A stretch of DNA of 49,704 bases from a virus: IMG/VR virus record IMGVR_UViG_3300044463_000016; one strand, written 5' to 3'. Made by a program: the position numbers and the translations under genes. Positions 25,496-34,519 of this stretch are shown here, piece by piece (the first letter of the stretch is position 1; every line of letters begins with the position of its first letter). The notes beneath the pieces are model-generated. The model did no database searches. It saw nothing but the letters and a program-made list of their open reading frames with translations, and was not told where the DNA came from.

Positions 25496-25960
25496 CTACC
25501 CTCCAGTCCCGATCAGTTTTTGCCCTGCAAGCGCAGAGGGCAAAGTAGGATTTTGATGCAACTGCGGTTTGGTCCAGTTCTCCCAAGTATCTGCCCGAAC
25601 CCATCCAAGCCGAGCGAGCAGCGTCTTGAAGCGTTCCATCCTGGCTCCGTCCGGCAACTGGGCGAAGCAATCCTGAATCCCCTTCGCGGCCATGTCACTT
25701 TCGCTGGCCAGGTGCAGTGCCAAGAAATTCCGAATTCGATCAAGGGGCGTCCCCGCGTCCGGAAACATCAACAGAAACATCTCAGCACTGAGCCTGCCCA
25801 TGATTGCCATGACGGCCCGGCCCTGCTCGTCCTCGACTACCAGCCGGGAAAAGAACTCGCTGTGGTCCCAATTATGTTCAATGTAGTCGAAGCCCTGCGC
25901 GAGATACATCTCATGCAGCGCCTGCCGATCGGTCTCCGAGTGGTATTGGCGAATCCTCAT
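25496..25960 (-). CDS. GNAT-fold (acetyltransferase-like) protein, degenerate
   Basis: ORF trimmed to ATG 25960 (ATGA overlap with the fibre gene stop). MRIRQYHSETDRQALHEMY... and ...LLARLGWVR resemble the ends of a GNAT domain. The canonical Q/RxxGxG/A loop is not evident. Confidence 0.4.
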   Translation of the reverse strand: MRIRQYHSETDRQALHEMYLAQGFDYIEHNWDHSEFFSRLVVEDEQGRAVMAIMGRLSAEMFLLMFPDAGTPLDRIRNFLALHLASESDMAAKGIQDCFAQLPDGARMERFKTLLARLGWVRADTWENWTKPQLHQNPTLPSALAGQKLIGTGG

Positions 25961-27639
25961 GGAAGTTCTTCGATAATGATGTGCGTGCAAACGAAAGTTG
26001 GTCCAGCCGCCCCGAATTGGGTCGTGATGTTGACGGGCAGCGCCGCTGTAAGATCTAGGGTGATTGGAGCTGTTTGCACTAAGCCCCATAATTCGTGATC
26101 TGCCGTACCGATCATCTGGCCAACCAAGTTAATCTGATCTTCTACGAAAGTTCGAAGATCAACAGGAAATGCTCGGCCTTTAGGATTGGGCCAATCAGAC
26201 AGCGCAAACGGCTTCTCGAAAATAATGGAAAGAACAGTTTCGAGAAGATTGCTGTCCCATTGGCGCAGAGAGATTGGATGCTGTTTGCCGCGCGGATTGG
26301 GCCAATCATAGATGGGAGCCTGCCCTGCGGCTCCAAAGAATTGGTCTTGGCTGCGCAGGTTTAGTTTGAGCTGGTCAAGGAAGCCGCGAAGGTCTGTTGG
26401 GAATGACTGTCCTCTTGGATTGGGCCAGTCTGACATCGAGAATGGATTCTGGCCCCCGAGGGTTGTCAGTAGCAGGTTCAGCCAAGTTTGCGAATCAACG
26501 ACCCGCGCAGAGCCTCTCGGGTTCTGCCAGTCATAAGTCTGAGGTTGGCCCGCCGCCCCGAAAAACTGGTCCTGATTCAATAGGTTCAGTTTTATGGGAT
26601 CTAGCCAGGTGCGCAGAATACTCGCAGCGATTTGTCCTTTTGGCACTGGCCAATCAGACAAATTAAAAGGTTGAACACCCGCAAGAGTAGACTCCAGCAG
26701 ATTGATCAGCCAAGTCTGCAAGTCAATGACGCGTGCACTACCTCTTGGGTTGGGCCAGTCGTAGGTCGGCACTTGTCCGGCTGCGCCGAAGAATTGGTCC
26801 TGGCTGCGCAGGTTCAACTTAAGTTGATCAAGCCAAGTTCGCAGGCTAATGACGGGAGTTGCGCCTCTGGGGTTTGGCCAATCGCTCATTGAGAAAGGAG
26901 CTGCGAATGTGAGCAGCGTATTGAGCAGATTGCCGACATCCCAATGGCGGAGGCTGATGGGGTGGGTCCGACCTTTAGGAACGGGCCAGTCAAATGTTGG
27001 TGATCCTGCAAGCCCGAAGAACTGATCTTGACCCTGAAGATTAAGCTTTAGGGATTCAGCCCAAGTTTTCAGGTCGATGCTGGGAACAGAGCCGCGCGGG
27101 ACAGGCCAGTCAAAGTTAGGATTACCCGCTAGCCCAAAGAAAGCGTCCTGTCCTGCTAGATTTAGTTGAACCTGATGCAGCCAAGTACGCAAATCCAGCG
27201 ATGGCACATATCCCTTCGGAACTGGCCAATCGGCAAGACCAAATGGAGCGAATGCAGCCAGCGTTGTCTGCAATAGGTTGTTGTCCCATTGTCGCAGGCT
27301 TATAGCTGGAGGGGGACCCGGTGGATTTGGCAGGCTATGAGCCGGAACCTGGCCGGGGTCTCCGAAAAACCTATCTTTTCCAATCAGGTTGAGTTTGAGC
27401 GGATCGATCCAGGTCTTAAGCGCGATGCCGGGCTGAGCCTTGGAGCTAACATGCCATCCTACTGGGTTTGGCCAGTCGTAGTTTGGGCCTCTCCCAGCCC
27501 CGTCAAAGAATTTATCCTGACTCCTTAACGTGTTCAGGAGCGGGTTCTGCCAGACTCTTCCTTCTGATTCCAGAGCAGCATGCCCCGGAAAACGTGGCTC
27601 AATCTTCGTGATTAGTGGTGGGCGAAAGAGGGTAGCCAT
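25957..27639 (-). CDS. Tail fibre/spike protein built from WPxP(R/K)G repeats
   Basis: 560 aa. About 12 copies of (Y/S/F)DWP(N/V)P(R/K)G are spaced roughly 40 aa apart. Two linker types alternate: LKLNLxxQDQFFGAAG and NLLxTxLxxxxPF. The C-terminal 62 aa are unique. Confidence 0.65.
   Translation of the reverse strand: MATLFRPPLITKIEPRFPGHAALESEGRVWQNPLLNTLRSQDKFFDGAGRGPNYDWPNPVGWHVSSKAQPGIALKTWIDPLKLNLIGKDRFFGDPGQVPAHSLPNPPGPPPAISLRQWDNNLLQTTLAAFAPFGLADWPVPKGYVPSLDLRTWLHQVQLNLAGQDAFFGLAGNPNFDWPVPRGSVPSIDLKTWAESLKLNLQGQDQFFGLAGSPTFDWPVPKGRTHPISLRHWDVGNLLNTLLTFAAPFSMSDWPNPRGATPVISLRTWLDQLKLNLRSQDQFFGAAGQVPTYDWPNPRGSARVIDLQTWLINLLESTLAGVQPFNLSDWPVPKGQIAASILRTWLDPIKLNLLNQDQFFGAAGQPQTYDWQNPRGSARVVDSQTWLNLLLTTLGGQNPFSMSDWPNPRGQSFPTDLRGFLDQLKLNLRSQDQFFGAAGQAPIYDWPNPRGKQHPISLRQWDSNLLETVLSIIFEKPFALSDWPNPKGRAFPVDLRTFVEDQINLVGQMIGTADHELWGLVQTAPITLDLTAALPVNITTQFGAAGPTFVCTHIIIEELP
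26146..27543 (-). repeat. Coding tandem-repeat array (about 120-nt period, diverged)
   Basis: Recurrent tgggccagtc / tggccaatc words on the + strand correspond to the DWPNP motif codons. The protein-level periodicity is clear. Confidence 0.7.
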
Positions 27640-27642
27640 TTG

Positions 27643-28290
27643 TTACATAACACTCTGCGCGAAAAGAACATTGGCAGCAGCAATTTCTGTGATCGCCACC
27701 GCCAGCAGCGCTACATCGTCGCTGCCGGGAGTCACGAAGCCGTAGGTAAAATCAGCGGTGGCATTGGTCGTTTTGCGAGATACGCCACCTGTAGCAACAC
27801 CAAAGTCAGTGGTAGCAATTATAGTTGTGTCAGTACCTGCACTCGGCACACTCAAATGCCCAGACCCGAGCACCCCAGCACAGAATGACTCTTTGGTGAT
27901 CGTTAAGACAACTGATGGATCGTCAGCAGTGGTAATGGATCGTGATGTATCGTGAACCTCAGTGTCGTTAGAGGCTGTGACCGTGATGCAAACAGCGGAC
28001 CACTCTGCTGCATCAGAGACCATATTAACCGCAACAGCTTGCAAACCTGTTGGTATGCTGGCACCCAGGAAGTAGGCATAACTGCTGACCTCCCCTGCCG
28101 GAAGGGCTGGCGAGAGTGGAACCTCCGTCATGGTGACTCCGCCGTACGTGATTCCAGTTACCTGATCTCCTGTCTCCGACGCAAAGAGCATAACCAACAC
28201 GCCTCTCGGCGTCCCCACGGGCGTGTGATTAAAACTGAAATCATCAAGCTGTTCACCGCTGGCGGTCGCGGCATCGAATGCAACAGCCAT
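27643..28290 (-). CDS. Hypothetical tail/fibre-associated protein (215 aa)
   Basis: Beta-rich, T/S/A/V-rich sequence within the tail gene block. Confidence 0.65.
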   Translation of the reverse strand: MAVAFDAATASGEQLDDFSFNHTPVGTPRGVLVMLFASETGDQVTGITYGGVTMTEVPLSPALPAGEVSSYAYFLGASIPTGLQAVAVNMVSDAAEWSAVCITVTASNDTEVHDTSRSITTADDPSVVLTITKESFCAGVLGSGHLSVPSAGTDTTIIATTDFGVATGGVSRKTTNATADFTYGFVTPGSDDVALLAVAITEIAAANVLFAQSVM

Positions 28291-28299
28291 CTAGTCTAG

Positions 28300-28728
28300 T
28301 TATCCTTGTATCCGAGCAAACAGGCTAAGATAAGCAGCTTGTACGGCATTCCGTTCGGCGTTAGTCAGAACCTTGTTGAAAATCAGTTTCGTCTCGAACG
28401 GAAACTCCGCCGATTTCCAGACTGTACACGTCAGCCCGGAACCAATAACGACAGCGCGAAAGGTGCTTCTTGAGTCCATGAGGTGCTTGATCGTGTAGAC
28501 CGTGTTCGGTGTGGCAGGGACGATTCCAACATTTGGGTCCGACATGACAGAGTTTAGGATTGTTTCCTGGCCTGCCGTCAGAGCTACACTATAGAAGACT
28601 TCAGTGTAGCCCGGAGCAGGCTCATGCACGGTTGTAAAGCCATTTGGAAACGGCAACCCAGCGTTTTCACAGGCCAGCATGATGTTGTCTGTGTCGCTGA
28701 TGACCAAAGGGAATTGGTACGAGGGCAT
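28300..28728 (-). CDS. Hypothetical structural protein (142 aa)
   Basis: ORF trimmed to ATG 28728, 7 nt after aaaggagg. Confidence 0.65.
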   Translation of the reverse strand: MPSYQFPLVISDTDNIMLACENAGLPFPNGFTTVHEPAPGYTEVFYSVALTAGQETILNSVMSDPNVGIVPATPNTVYTIKHLMDSRSTFRAVVIGSGLTCTVWKSAEFPFETKLIFNKVLTNAERNAVQAAYLSLFARIQG

Positions 28729-28795
28729 TTCAAAACCTCCTTTCAAGCACACTTAGGACAGCAATGGATTGGCTGCTCGATGCACAGCAGGGAGC

Positions 28796-29299
28796 TTACA
28801 GCGGCTCATAAACAACATGCGCTCCCATCAGCCCGGCAGTACCGCCAGTGAAGGCGCTGAGGCTGACTTCGCCCAACGGTTGAGTATTGCCAACGGTCGA
28901 AATCTCTTCGCCAGGCGCAGCCACCCATCGCACAATTCCACCAAATGCATTGAATGAGAGGTTGAGCAAGTGAGCTGTGGCGGAGCGCTGTGGATCGGTG
29001 GTTGCTGTGCTTCCTACCAGTGCAGGCAGAGCTAGGGCTGCTGTGGCCGCATCTAACGGGGCATCATTCCCGCCAGTGCTCTGAGAGACCGTGACGGCCA
29101 CAGTGCTGTCTCTTGAGAGCAGCATGAACGTCGGAGATGATGCTCCAGCCTGGCCGCCCTGATAGACCTCCAGGATGTTCACTCGCTGTGTCGCTGATCC
29201 ACCCTGCACGATGGTCACGTAGGTCGCGTCAAGCAAGGCGGCGGTATCCGCCGTCGGTGTCGGGGTGAAGGTGGTAATCGATTGAATTCGTTTTGCCAT
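28796..29299 (-). CDS. Hypothetical structural protein (167 aa)
   Basis: T/A/G-rich, beta-type sequence within the tail block. Confidence 0.65.
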   Translation of the reverse strand: MAKRIQSITTFTPTPTADTAALLDATYVTIVQGGSATQRVNILEVYQGGQAGASSPTFMLLSRDSTVAVTVSQSTGGNDAPLDAATAALALPALVGSTATTDPQRSATAHLLNLSFNAFGGIVRWVAAPGEEISTVGNTQPLGEVSLSAFTGGTAGLMGAHVVYEPL

Positions 29300-29311
29300 T
29301 TCTGTTCTCCT

Positions 29312-29656
29312 TTATGGAACAATCAGGCTGCCGGTAGTGGCTGCCTGTTCCTGCATTTCCTCGATGACCTGGTTGAAAGTCTTACAAACTCCGGTCTGCA
29401 CGAGTACCCCGTAACAGACATCACACACGTAGTGGTCACACTTCGCGCACCAGGGCCGGTCGCGCGTGCGGCCCGGATTCAGCACTACAACCGTCTGGCA
29501 ATGGGAGCAAGTGAGCGTTGGGGCTTCAAACATCCCTCTGCCGAATCCCAAGGGTAGCTGTGGGGTGATCGCCTGTCCGATCTCATCGCTAACTCCGGGA
29601 CTCTCCCGATTGTCAATCATGAGATAGCCTTCATGCGTGCGTTTTGAGTGTTTCAT
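29312..29656 (-). CDS. Cys-rich zinc-binding protein (114 aa)
   Basis: ORF trimmed to ATG 29656 (gaggtgagg upstream). Contains CSHC ... CAKCDHYVCDVC ... C, possibly two zinc sites. Confidence 0.6.
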   Translation of the reverse strand: MKHSKRTHEGYLMIDNRESPGVSDEIGQAITPQLPLGFGRGMFEAPTLTCSHCQTVVVLNPGRTRDRPWCAKCDHYVCDVCYGVLVQTGVCKTFNQVIEEMQEQAATTGSLIVP

Positions 29657-29666
29657 TTTCCTCACC

Positions 29667-30479
29667 TCAAGAAGTGTGTTCGTAATGAAAGGCGCCCTGG
29701 CCAATCAAGGATCCACTAGCACCCGTTGTGCGGCAGGTGAATAGAGCCTCAATTCCCCAGAAGTGGCTGCTTGCCTGCCGTAGTAAGCGAGCCGCCGTTG
29801 TAATTTGGCAAGCTCCAACCTTCACTCTCAAGTTCAAAGAAGGCCCCAAAGTCGGGTTCGTAAAGTAGCCGTAGGCGGTAATCCGAAGACTCTTATCCAC
29901 GGAATTAAAAAAAGAGGCCGGCAACGACGGCACAGCTGGAGCAAACAGCGTCGTTTCTGCAGTCACAGAAACAGTTTTCGTTTGCGATTGGCTGTAGAAG
30001 ACCTCTGGTACTCCCTGCGTAGCAACTCCAGGCGAACCGCCGGCACCAGTCGCCGTCATGGGAGTCCAGAAGACCGTGTAGGGGCTTACCTCACTCATTT
30101 GGTACTTGCAGTTTGCGCGCCAGTAGGTAGTACCTGCAGGCATCGGAACGGCTAAATGCAGCCCGTGACCGAGGGTGTACCGGGTGACTTCCTGAAACGT
30201 CCTGGTTGTCGAAGACTCGACAAAGTAGAAAGCCGTCGGCAGGTTTCCCTCGCCGGCTTCCAGTAGGACGAGCACGGCTCCAGCGATCGACACGACGTTG
30301 ATCGACTTCGGTGCCTTCGGCGGCGGGATCGCTTCGGCAACGTCCACCTGGTTGGCCGGCTTGGGATCCACTCCCATTTGCAGGCCAAACTCATTGATCG
30401 CTTCCGTGACGAGGCGCCAGAGATTGAAGGCGTCCGGGTCCCGATGCTTCATATCCGCGATTTGGCTCGGAGTCAGCAT
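29667..30479 (-). CDS. Tail structural protein (270 aa)
   Basis: ORF trimmed to ATG 30479, which shares one nt with the upstream TAA (TAATG). Confidence 0.6.
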   Translation of the reverse strand: MLTPSQIADMKHRDPDAFNLWRLVTEAINEFGLQMGVDPKPANQVDVAEAIPPPKAPKSINVVSIAGAVLVLLEAGEGNLPTAFYFVESSTTRTFQEVTRYTLGHGLHLAVPMPAGTTYWRANCKYQMSEVSPYTVFWTPMTATGAGGSPGVATQGVPEVFYSQSQTKTVSVTAETTLFAPAVPSLPASFFNSVDKSLRITAYGYFTNPTLGPSLNLRVKVGACQITTAARLLRQASSHFWGIEALFTCRTTGASGSLIGQGAFHYEHTS

Positions 30480-32743
30480 TAGACGTTGCCTCCCCGATGC
30501 TTCGCGTAAGGATGCTCTTTGGCCCAGATTGCCATCTCCGCGCACGAGAACCACGAATCAATGGCGTTGGTGCCGACCTTGAAGCTCACCCGCTCGCTCT
30601 GTACGTCGACCATCTTTTCGAGGTCTTGAGTTGCCGGGCTCGAAAGCGTCATGGGGTTCCATGCCGTGGAAGCCCCGCCTTGCCGAAACGTCGTGAAGCT
30701 CAGAGAGCCAGACCCACGAGCTACGCAGGTGAAGTAACCGAATTCCTGACGGCCGGCTTCCGCTCGGGAGAGGTAGGTCGAACGGTAATAGCCATTGATC
30801 GCGGCACCGTTGTCACTGAGGGCGCTGTTCAGGTTCTGGTGCACCATAGCCGAGCCGTCTGCCATCCCTACAAAGAAGCGTGTGTCTTGGTTATCGCGTT
30901 CGATGATGGCGCCGTAAGCTGCGCGGATGAACCACGGGCACCACTTCCGGCCCTTGCCATTACCTTCGATCGGATCGCCGAAGCCCTCTTGGTAGTCGAG
31001 GACAAGCATCAGGTTCGGCTGCTCGCCCGTGCAGAACGGAGCCCCGACGTAGATCCGCTTGCGCTTTGTGTCCACCTTCACCCAGAGCAGGTGGGCGAAA
31101 TCCCAGTTGATCGAGTCCCACGTAGGTTGAATTTCCTGCGAGATTTTTTGGGGTTTGCCGCCGTCGAAGTAGTACAGCCCGGAGCGGTTCGCGATGACGA
31201 CCCAATTCTCTCCAATCCCAACACCATGCACAGAAGGAGTCCCTACGGTCGCGCTTTCTTCCTTCACAGACCACTTGCTTGGCTCATTGACGCCATCGTC
31301 TTGCGTCGAGTGCATGGATGAGTCTTTTGCCCAGTACCACCGCTCATTCAGCTCAAAGCCTGTCCGGATGGCCTGCCCATCGTTCTCCGAGATATTCATC
31401 AAGCCGAAGACGTTGTCGTAAAACTCCGGAGCATCGGCGCCGCTCCACCGCGCGAGGGAACCCTCGAAGTTCTCGCCCACGAACGGATCGCCACCCCACC
31501 AGACGAGGCGTCGCCCGTATCTGGCGACTCCGAGTTGGCCTTGGAAATCCGTGTTTGCGGTAGGGACCTGCTGGCGGAAAAGCGGCGAAATGTCCTCGCC
31601 CTGGACGAGCTCCTCTTCTGAGAAATCGAGCTCAATCTCAGTAGTCGTGTTGTCGTTGAGCGTCATTTTCACGGGGATGTGAAAAAACGTCTGCCCCTCG
31701 GATGCCGTAAAAGCCAGGTGCCGTTTCGTCACGGGCCGCTCGCCAATGGAGCTCGACCAAATTGGGATGTTGGTGACGTGGACTTTCTTCCCACCCGCCG
31801 CCGTCCAGCCTCCTGCGGGAGAGGGCGCGGACAGGCCACCGGCAGCGTTCTCGAAGTACACAACGACCTGGCGCTCGCCGGCAACGATCCGTCCGCCTCC
31901 GGAGTTATTCGCGCCCGGCTCGGTCTTGGTGATGTCCACATCCGCATCGGCGAGGTTGTCGGTGAATTCGGTCGTCGTGTTGTCGTCGATGTAGCCGACG
32001 TAATAGTAGGTCGCGCCTCCCGCGAGGGTGCGATAGATCCGCCGCTTGGCGACGACGCCCACGGTACCCGTGGCGACGCTTGTCAGTTGCACCTTCCCAT
32101 GCGTGGCAGGGATCGCAACAACTACGTTGGAAGCAGGGCTCGCGAGAGTGACAGCCGTCGTACCATCGCCTGTGACCAGGACTGTTTTATAGCTGTAGTT
32201 TCCGGCAGACAGATTGCCCGCTTCAGCGATAAGGGTCGCAACGGGGGCGAGGGTCGGATCAGGCTCCACTGTGCCGAGATCCCAAACAGTGGGGTTCTTG
32301 GCGGGCGGCTGGTTGCCCACGAGATAGAGGTTGGTATCGTCATAGACCACCGGGAGACTTCGGCCCACCTGCCCATCGCTTTCTGCGATCCATTCCTTTC
32401 CGAACAGCGTGACGGATTCATAGATTGAGTCTGGAGTGAACGTCGTTGAGATTGTTGTCGTCGAGCCGGGCGTTACTTCCTGGAACATCTTGCCTGTCGA
32501 GTCCCACATCAGCAGGCGAGCGTCGAGATCTGGGGTTTTGAACGTCTTCAGGTACGGCACGCTCGATGGCACCGTCAGGGTATGCACCAGATCGAGGCCG
32601 GGACGGGTTCTTACATTTCCTGGGAAAAAAGCAACATCACGGCAATCTGGACTGCAACCGATCGGAACATCGGCTCCATCCAGCACACTCACCAAGCCGC
32701 CCATGACGTCCACCGGTAAGGCTTCGAAACTCTCTACCGACAT
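30479..32743 (-). CDS. Large tail structural protein (nozzle / tubular-B-like by size and position)
   Basis: 754 aa and beta-rich, with gaggag SD. The call rests on its size and its position after the adaptor-like genes in a tape-measure-less phage. There is no motif proof. Confidence 0.5.
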   Translation of the reverse strand: MSVESFEALPVDVMGGLVSVLDGADVPIGCSPDCRDVAFFPGNVRTRPGLDLVHTLTVPSSVPYLKTFKTPDLDARLLMWDSTGKMFQEVTPGSTTTISTTFTPDSIYESVTLFGKEWIAESDGQVGRSLPVVYDDTNLYLVGNQPPAKNPTVWDLGTVEPDPTLAPVATLIAEAGNLSAGNYSYKTVLVTGDGTTAVTLASPASNVVVAIPATHGKVQLTSVATGTVGVVAKRRIYRTLAGGATYYYVGYIDDNTTTEFTDNLADADVDITKTEPGANNSGGGRIVAGERQVVVYFENAAGGLSAPSPAGGWTAAGGKKVHVTNIPIWSSSIGERPVTKRHLAFTASEGQTFFHIPVKMTLNDNTTTEIELDFSEEELVQGEDISPLFRQQVPTANTDFQGQLGVARYGRRLVWWGGDPFVGENFEGSLARWSGADAPEFYDNVFGLMNISENDGQAIRTGFELNERWYWAKDSSMHSTQDDGVNEPSKWSVKEESATVGTPSVHGVGIGENWVVIANRSGLYYFDGGKPQKISQEIQPTWDSINWDFAHLLWVKVDTKRKRIYVGAPFCTGEQPNLMLVLDYQEGFGDPIEGNGKGRKWCPWFIRAAYGAIIERDNQDTRFFVGMADGSAMVHQNLNSALSDNGAAINGYYRSTYLSRAEAGRQEFGYFTCVARGSGSLSFTTFRQGGASTAWNPMTLSSPATQDLEKMVDVQSERVSFKVGTNAIDSWFSCAEMAIWAKEHPYAKHRGGNV

Positions 32744-32760
32744 GTTAGAATCCGCTCCTC

Positions 32761-33294
32761 ATGTCAAACTACTGGGCAAATCCAGAACGATGGAAAGCTA
32801 AAGCCCGCGAGCGTTACCGCGCCAAGAAGGCTGACGATCCTCAATGGTTCAAGGAACTGCTGGATCGCCAAAGACCACGTAACAGGGAGTGGCTGCGAGC
32901 CAAATATGCGAGTGATCCCGAGTGGAGAGCCAAGCGAAAAGCAAACACCATCAGAAGCCAGCGCAAAAACCGACCAGCCGCCAACGAACGCAATCGCCAA
33001 TATCGCCTGCGCCATCCGGAGAAACAGATAGAGTACAGGCAGCGGCCAGAGGTGAAGGCTCGCCTGATCGAACTTCAGCGGCTTTTCAGGAGATCTGAAG
33101 ACGGGCGCAAGCGTTGGCAAGCAAGATCCGCGCTGAACGAGGCTATCCGCTCCGGAAAGATCCTCCGCCCAACTACCTGCTCTCTCTGTCCAAATCCCTC
33201 GCCTCAAGCTCATCACCACAAAGGCTATGAGCCAGAACACTGGCTTGATGTGCTCTGGCTCTGCCTTCCCTGTCACCGCAGCCAAGAGGCCTAA
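32761..33294 (+). CDS. Free-standing HNH homing-endonuclease-like gene (opposite strand)
   Basis: 177 aa. The C-terminus CSLC...AHHHKGYEPEHWLDVLWLCLPCHR is an HNH/His-Me finger pattern. The N-terminus has R/K-rich RxxYRxxxP-type repeats. The start is 17 nt from the divergent tail-gene start. Its stop overlaps the convergent stop (ctaa, 33291-33294). Confidence 0.65.
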   Translation: MSNYWANPERWKAKARERYRAKKADDPQWFKELLDRQRPRNREWLRAKYASDPEWRAKRKANTIRSQRKNRPAANERNRQYRLRHPEKQIEYRQRPEVKARLIELQRLFRRSEDGRKRWQARSALNEAIRSGKILRPTTCSLCPNPSPQAHHHKGYEPEHWLDVLWLCLPCHRSQEA

Positions 33295-34436
33295 CTGTTG
33301 AAGTTAAACACCGAGTGAAACTCGATGAGGTCGTCGAGAACTATCGTTGGCACCGCCGCCGTGAACAGGTTTCCTAGACGCCCGAGGGCATTAGCCGCTT
33401 CCTCCTTCTGGAAATCGACACTCGTCGCCGCAGTCGCCAAGTAGATCGGCTTGGTGCCCGCTGCAGCCTGGCCGCCCAAGATCGGGAGCCCGCGGATCTG
33501 AAGCCTCAAGTCACTCAGCTCGGGAGAGCGAACCACCTTTTGCGGAGTGACATCATTCGCCTGGTCGGTGAATGCCTGGTTGACCGTGAGCGAGGTATCA
33601 GAAGCTATCGCAGTCACGAAGCGCCGCTCGATGCCGACAAGGATCTCGTCACCGACAACCAACTCCGAAAGGAACAGGGTCCCAACCCCAGGCACAGTCA
33701 CCGAGGCCGCCGTGTCGACTGTGCCCGTCAGATCCCTCAAAACTTCACGGGTTACAAGCTGGTAGGTGAGCCCGGAGCGGAGGCCTTTGATGTCCATCCA
33801 GATCGGTGCCTGTCGCGAGAACACCTCGACGCCGCTCATGTCGAACGGGATGCCGTCGCCCAGGAACTTCGTGTTGACGCCCGTCACAGTCGCCGACGCT
33901 GCCGGGTCGATTTCTCCAGTCAACACGGTAAAGTCCGGCCGGCCGTTCAGACCGTTGAGCTTGCAGATTTGCGGGCTGGTGTCGTCTGCCAGATCCGTGA
34001 ACGCTGCATCAACAACGAGAGAGGTATTGCTTGCAATCGAGACAACACGCTTCGCCTCTCCGACTGTGGCAGTCCCCAAAACCAGCAAGTCTCCTATTGA
34101 AACCTGCGAAAGAAATAGTGTGCCTACGCCCGTCACTGTCGCTGAGGCGGTCGCGTCGATGGTCCCAGTTATCGCCGTCAAACGGTCAAGCCGTTTTGGC
34201 GCTCGGTCGTTTGCGTTGTTGCTGTAGGCGTTCGCCACTGTCGCCAAAAGGTTGCTCGTGATCACTGTCACAGAACGGTACTCGCCCGTGACAAGCAGCA
34301 GGTCTCCGACTGACAGCTCGGTTTCGTAGCTCCCGGATGAAACAATCAACTGCCCAATAACGTGTAGCTTGCCCTTGTCGTGCCAACGCCCCCCTGGTCG
34401 TAAAACGGGTCTAACGGTTGCTCGGGCCATGATCAA
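33291..34436 (-). CDS. Virion protein with internal ~65-aa repeats (fibre/decoration-like)
   Basis: 381 aa. TG(T/E)(I/V)D..AS.TV.GV.T.FLS....GD..LVG ... AFTD.A.D..PQ recurs three to four times. Confidence 0.6.
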   Translation of the reverse strand: MIMARATVRPVLRPGGRWHDKGKLHVIGQLIVSSGSYETELSVGDLLLVTGEYRSVTVITSNLLATVANAYSNNANDRAPKRLDRLTAITGTIDATASATVTGVGTLFLSQVSIGDLLVLGTATVGEAKRVVSIASNTSLVVDAAFTDLADDTSPQICKLNGLNGRPDFTVLTGEIDPAASATVTGVNTKFLGDGIPFDMSGVEVFSRQAPIWMDIKGLRSGLTYQLVTREVLRDLTGTVDTAASVTVPGVGTLFLSELVVGDEILVGIERRFVTAIASDTSLTVNQAFTDQANDVTPQKVVRSPELSDLRLQIRGLPILGGQAAAGTKPIYLATAATSVDFQKEEAANALGRLGNLFTAAVPTIVLDDLIEFHSVFNFNS

Positions 34437-34519
34437 ACTCCTTTTTCAACCCTGTGCCAGGAACTTGTCTGGAAAGGCTGAATGTCCCCTCGCCTGTAGT
34501 GCGAGGTCGCTGCTACAAT

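Noticed and set aside
25496-25515. Programmed frameshift joining the GNAT-like ORF to the downstream ejection-type ORF
   Set aside because: A +1 shift would be needed within atcgggactggagggtag, and I see no slippery heptamer or stimulatory structure. It is recorded only as a start-site uncertainty.
25377-25670. 97-aa - strand ORF overlapping the GNAT-like gene's end
   Set aside because: It is an off-frame shadow (Ser/Arg/Ala-rich). It conflicts with the ATGA-coupled GNAT-like ORF and with the open upstream extension of the 24793-25380 frame.
26146-27543. Periodic repeats as a possible CRISPR-like array
   Set aside because: The repeats are diverged, lie in frame within one 560-aa ORF, and encode a conserved peptide motif. 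There is no repeat-spacer architecture.
32764-33285. 173-aa - strand ORF mirroring the HNH gene
   Set aside because: The + strand product carries a clear His-Me finger motif. The - strand translation has no features and would lack an SD.
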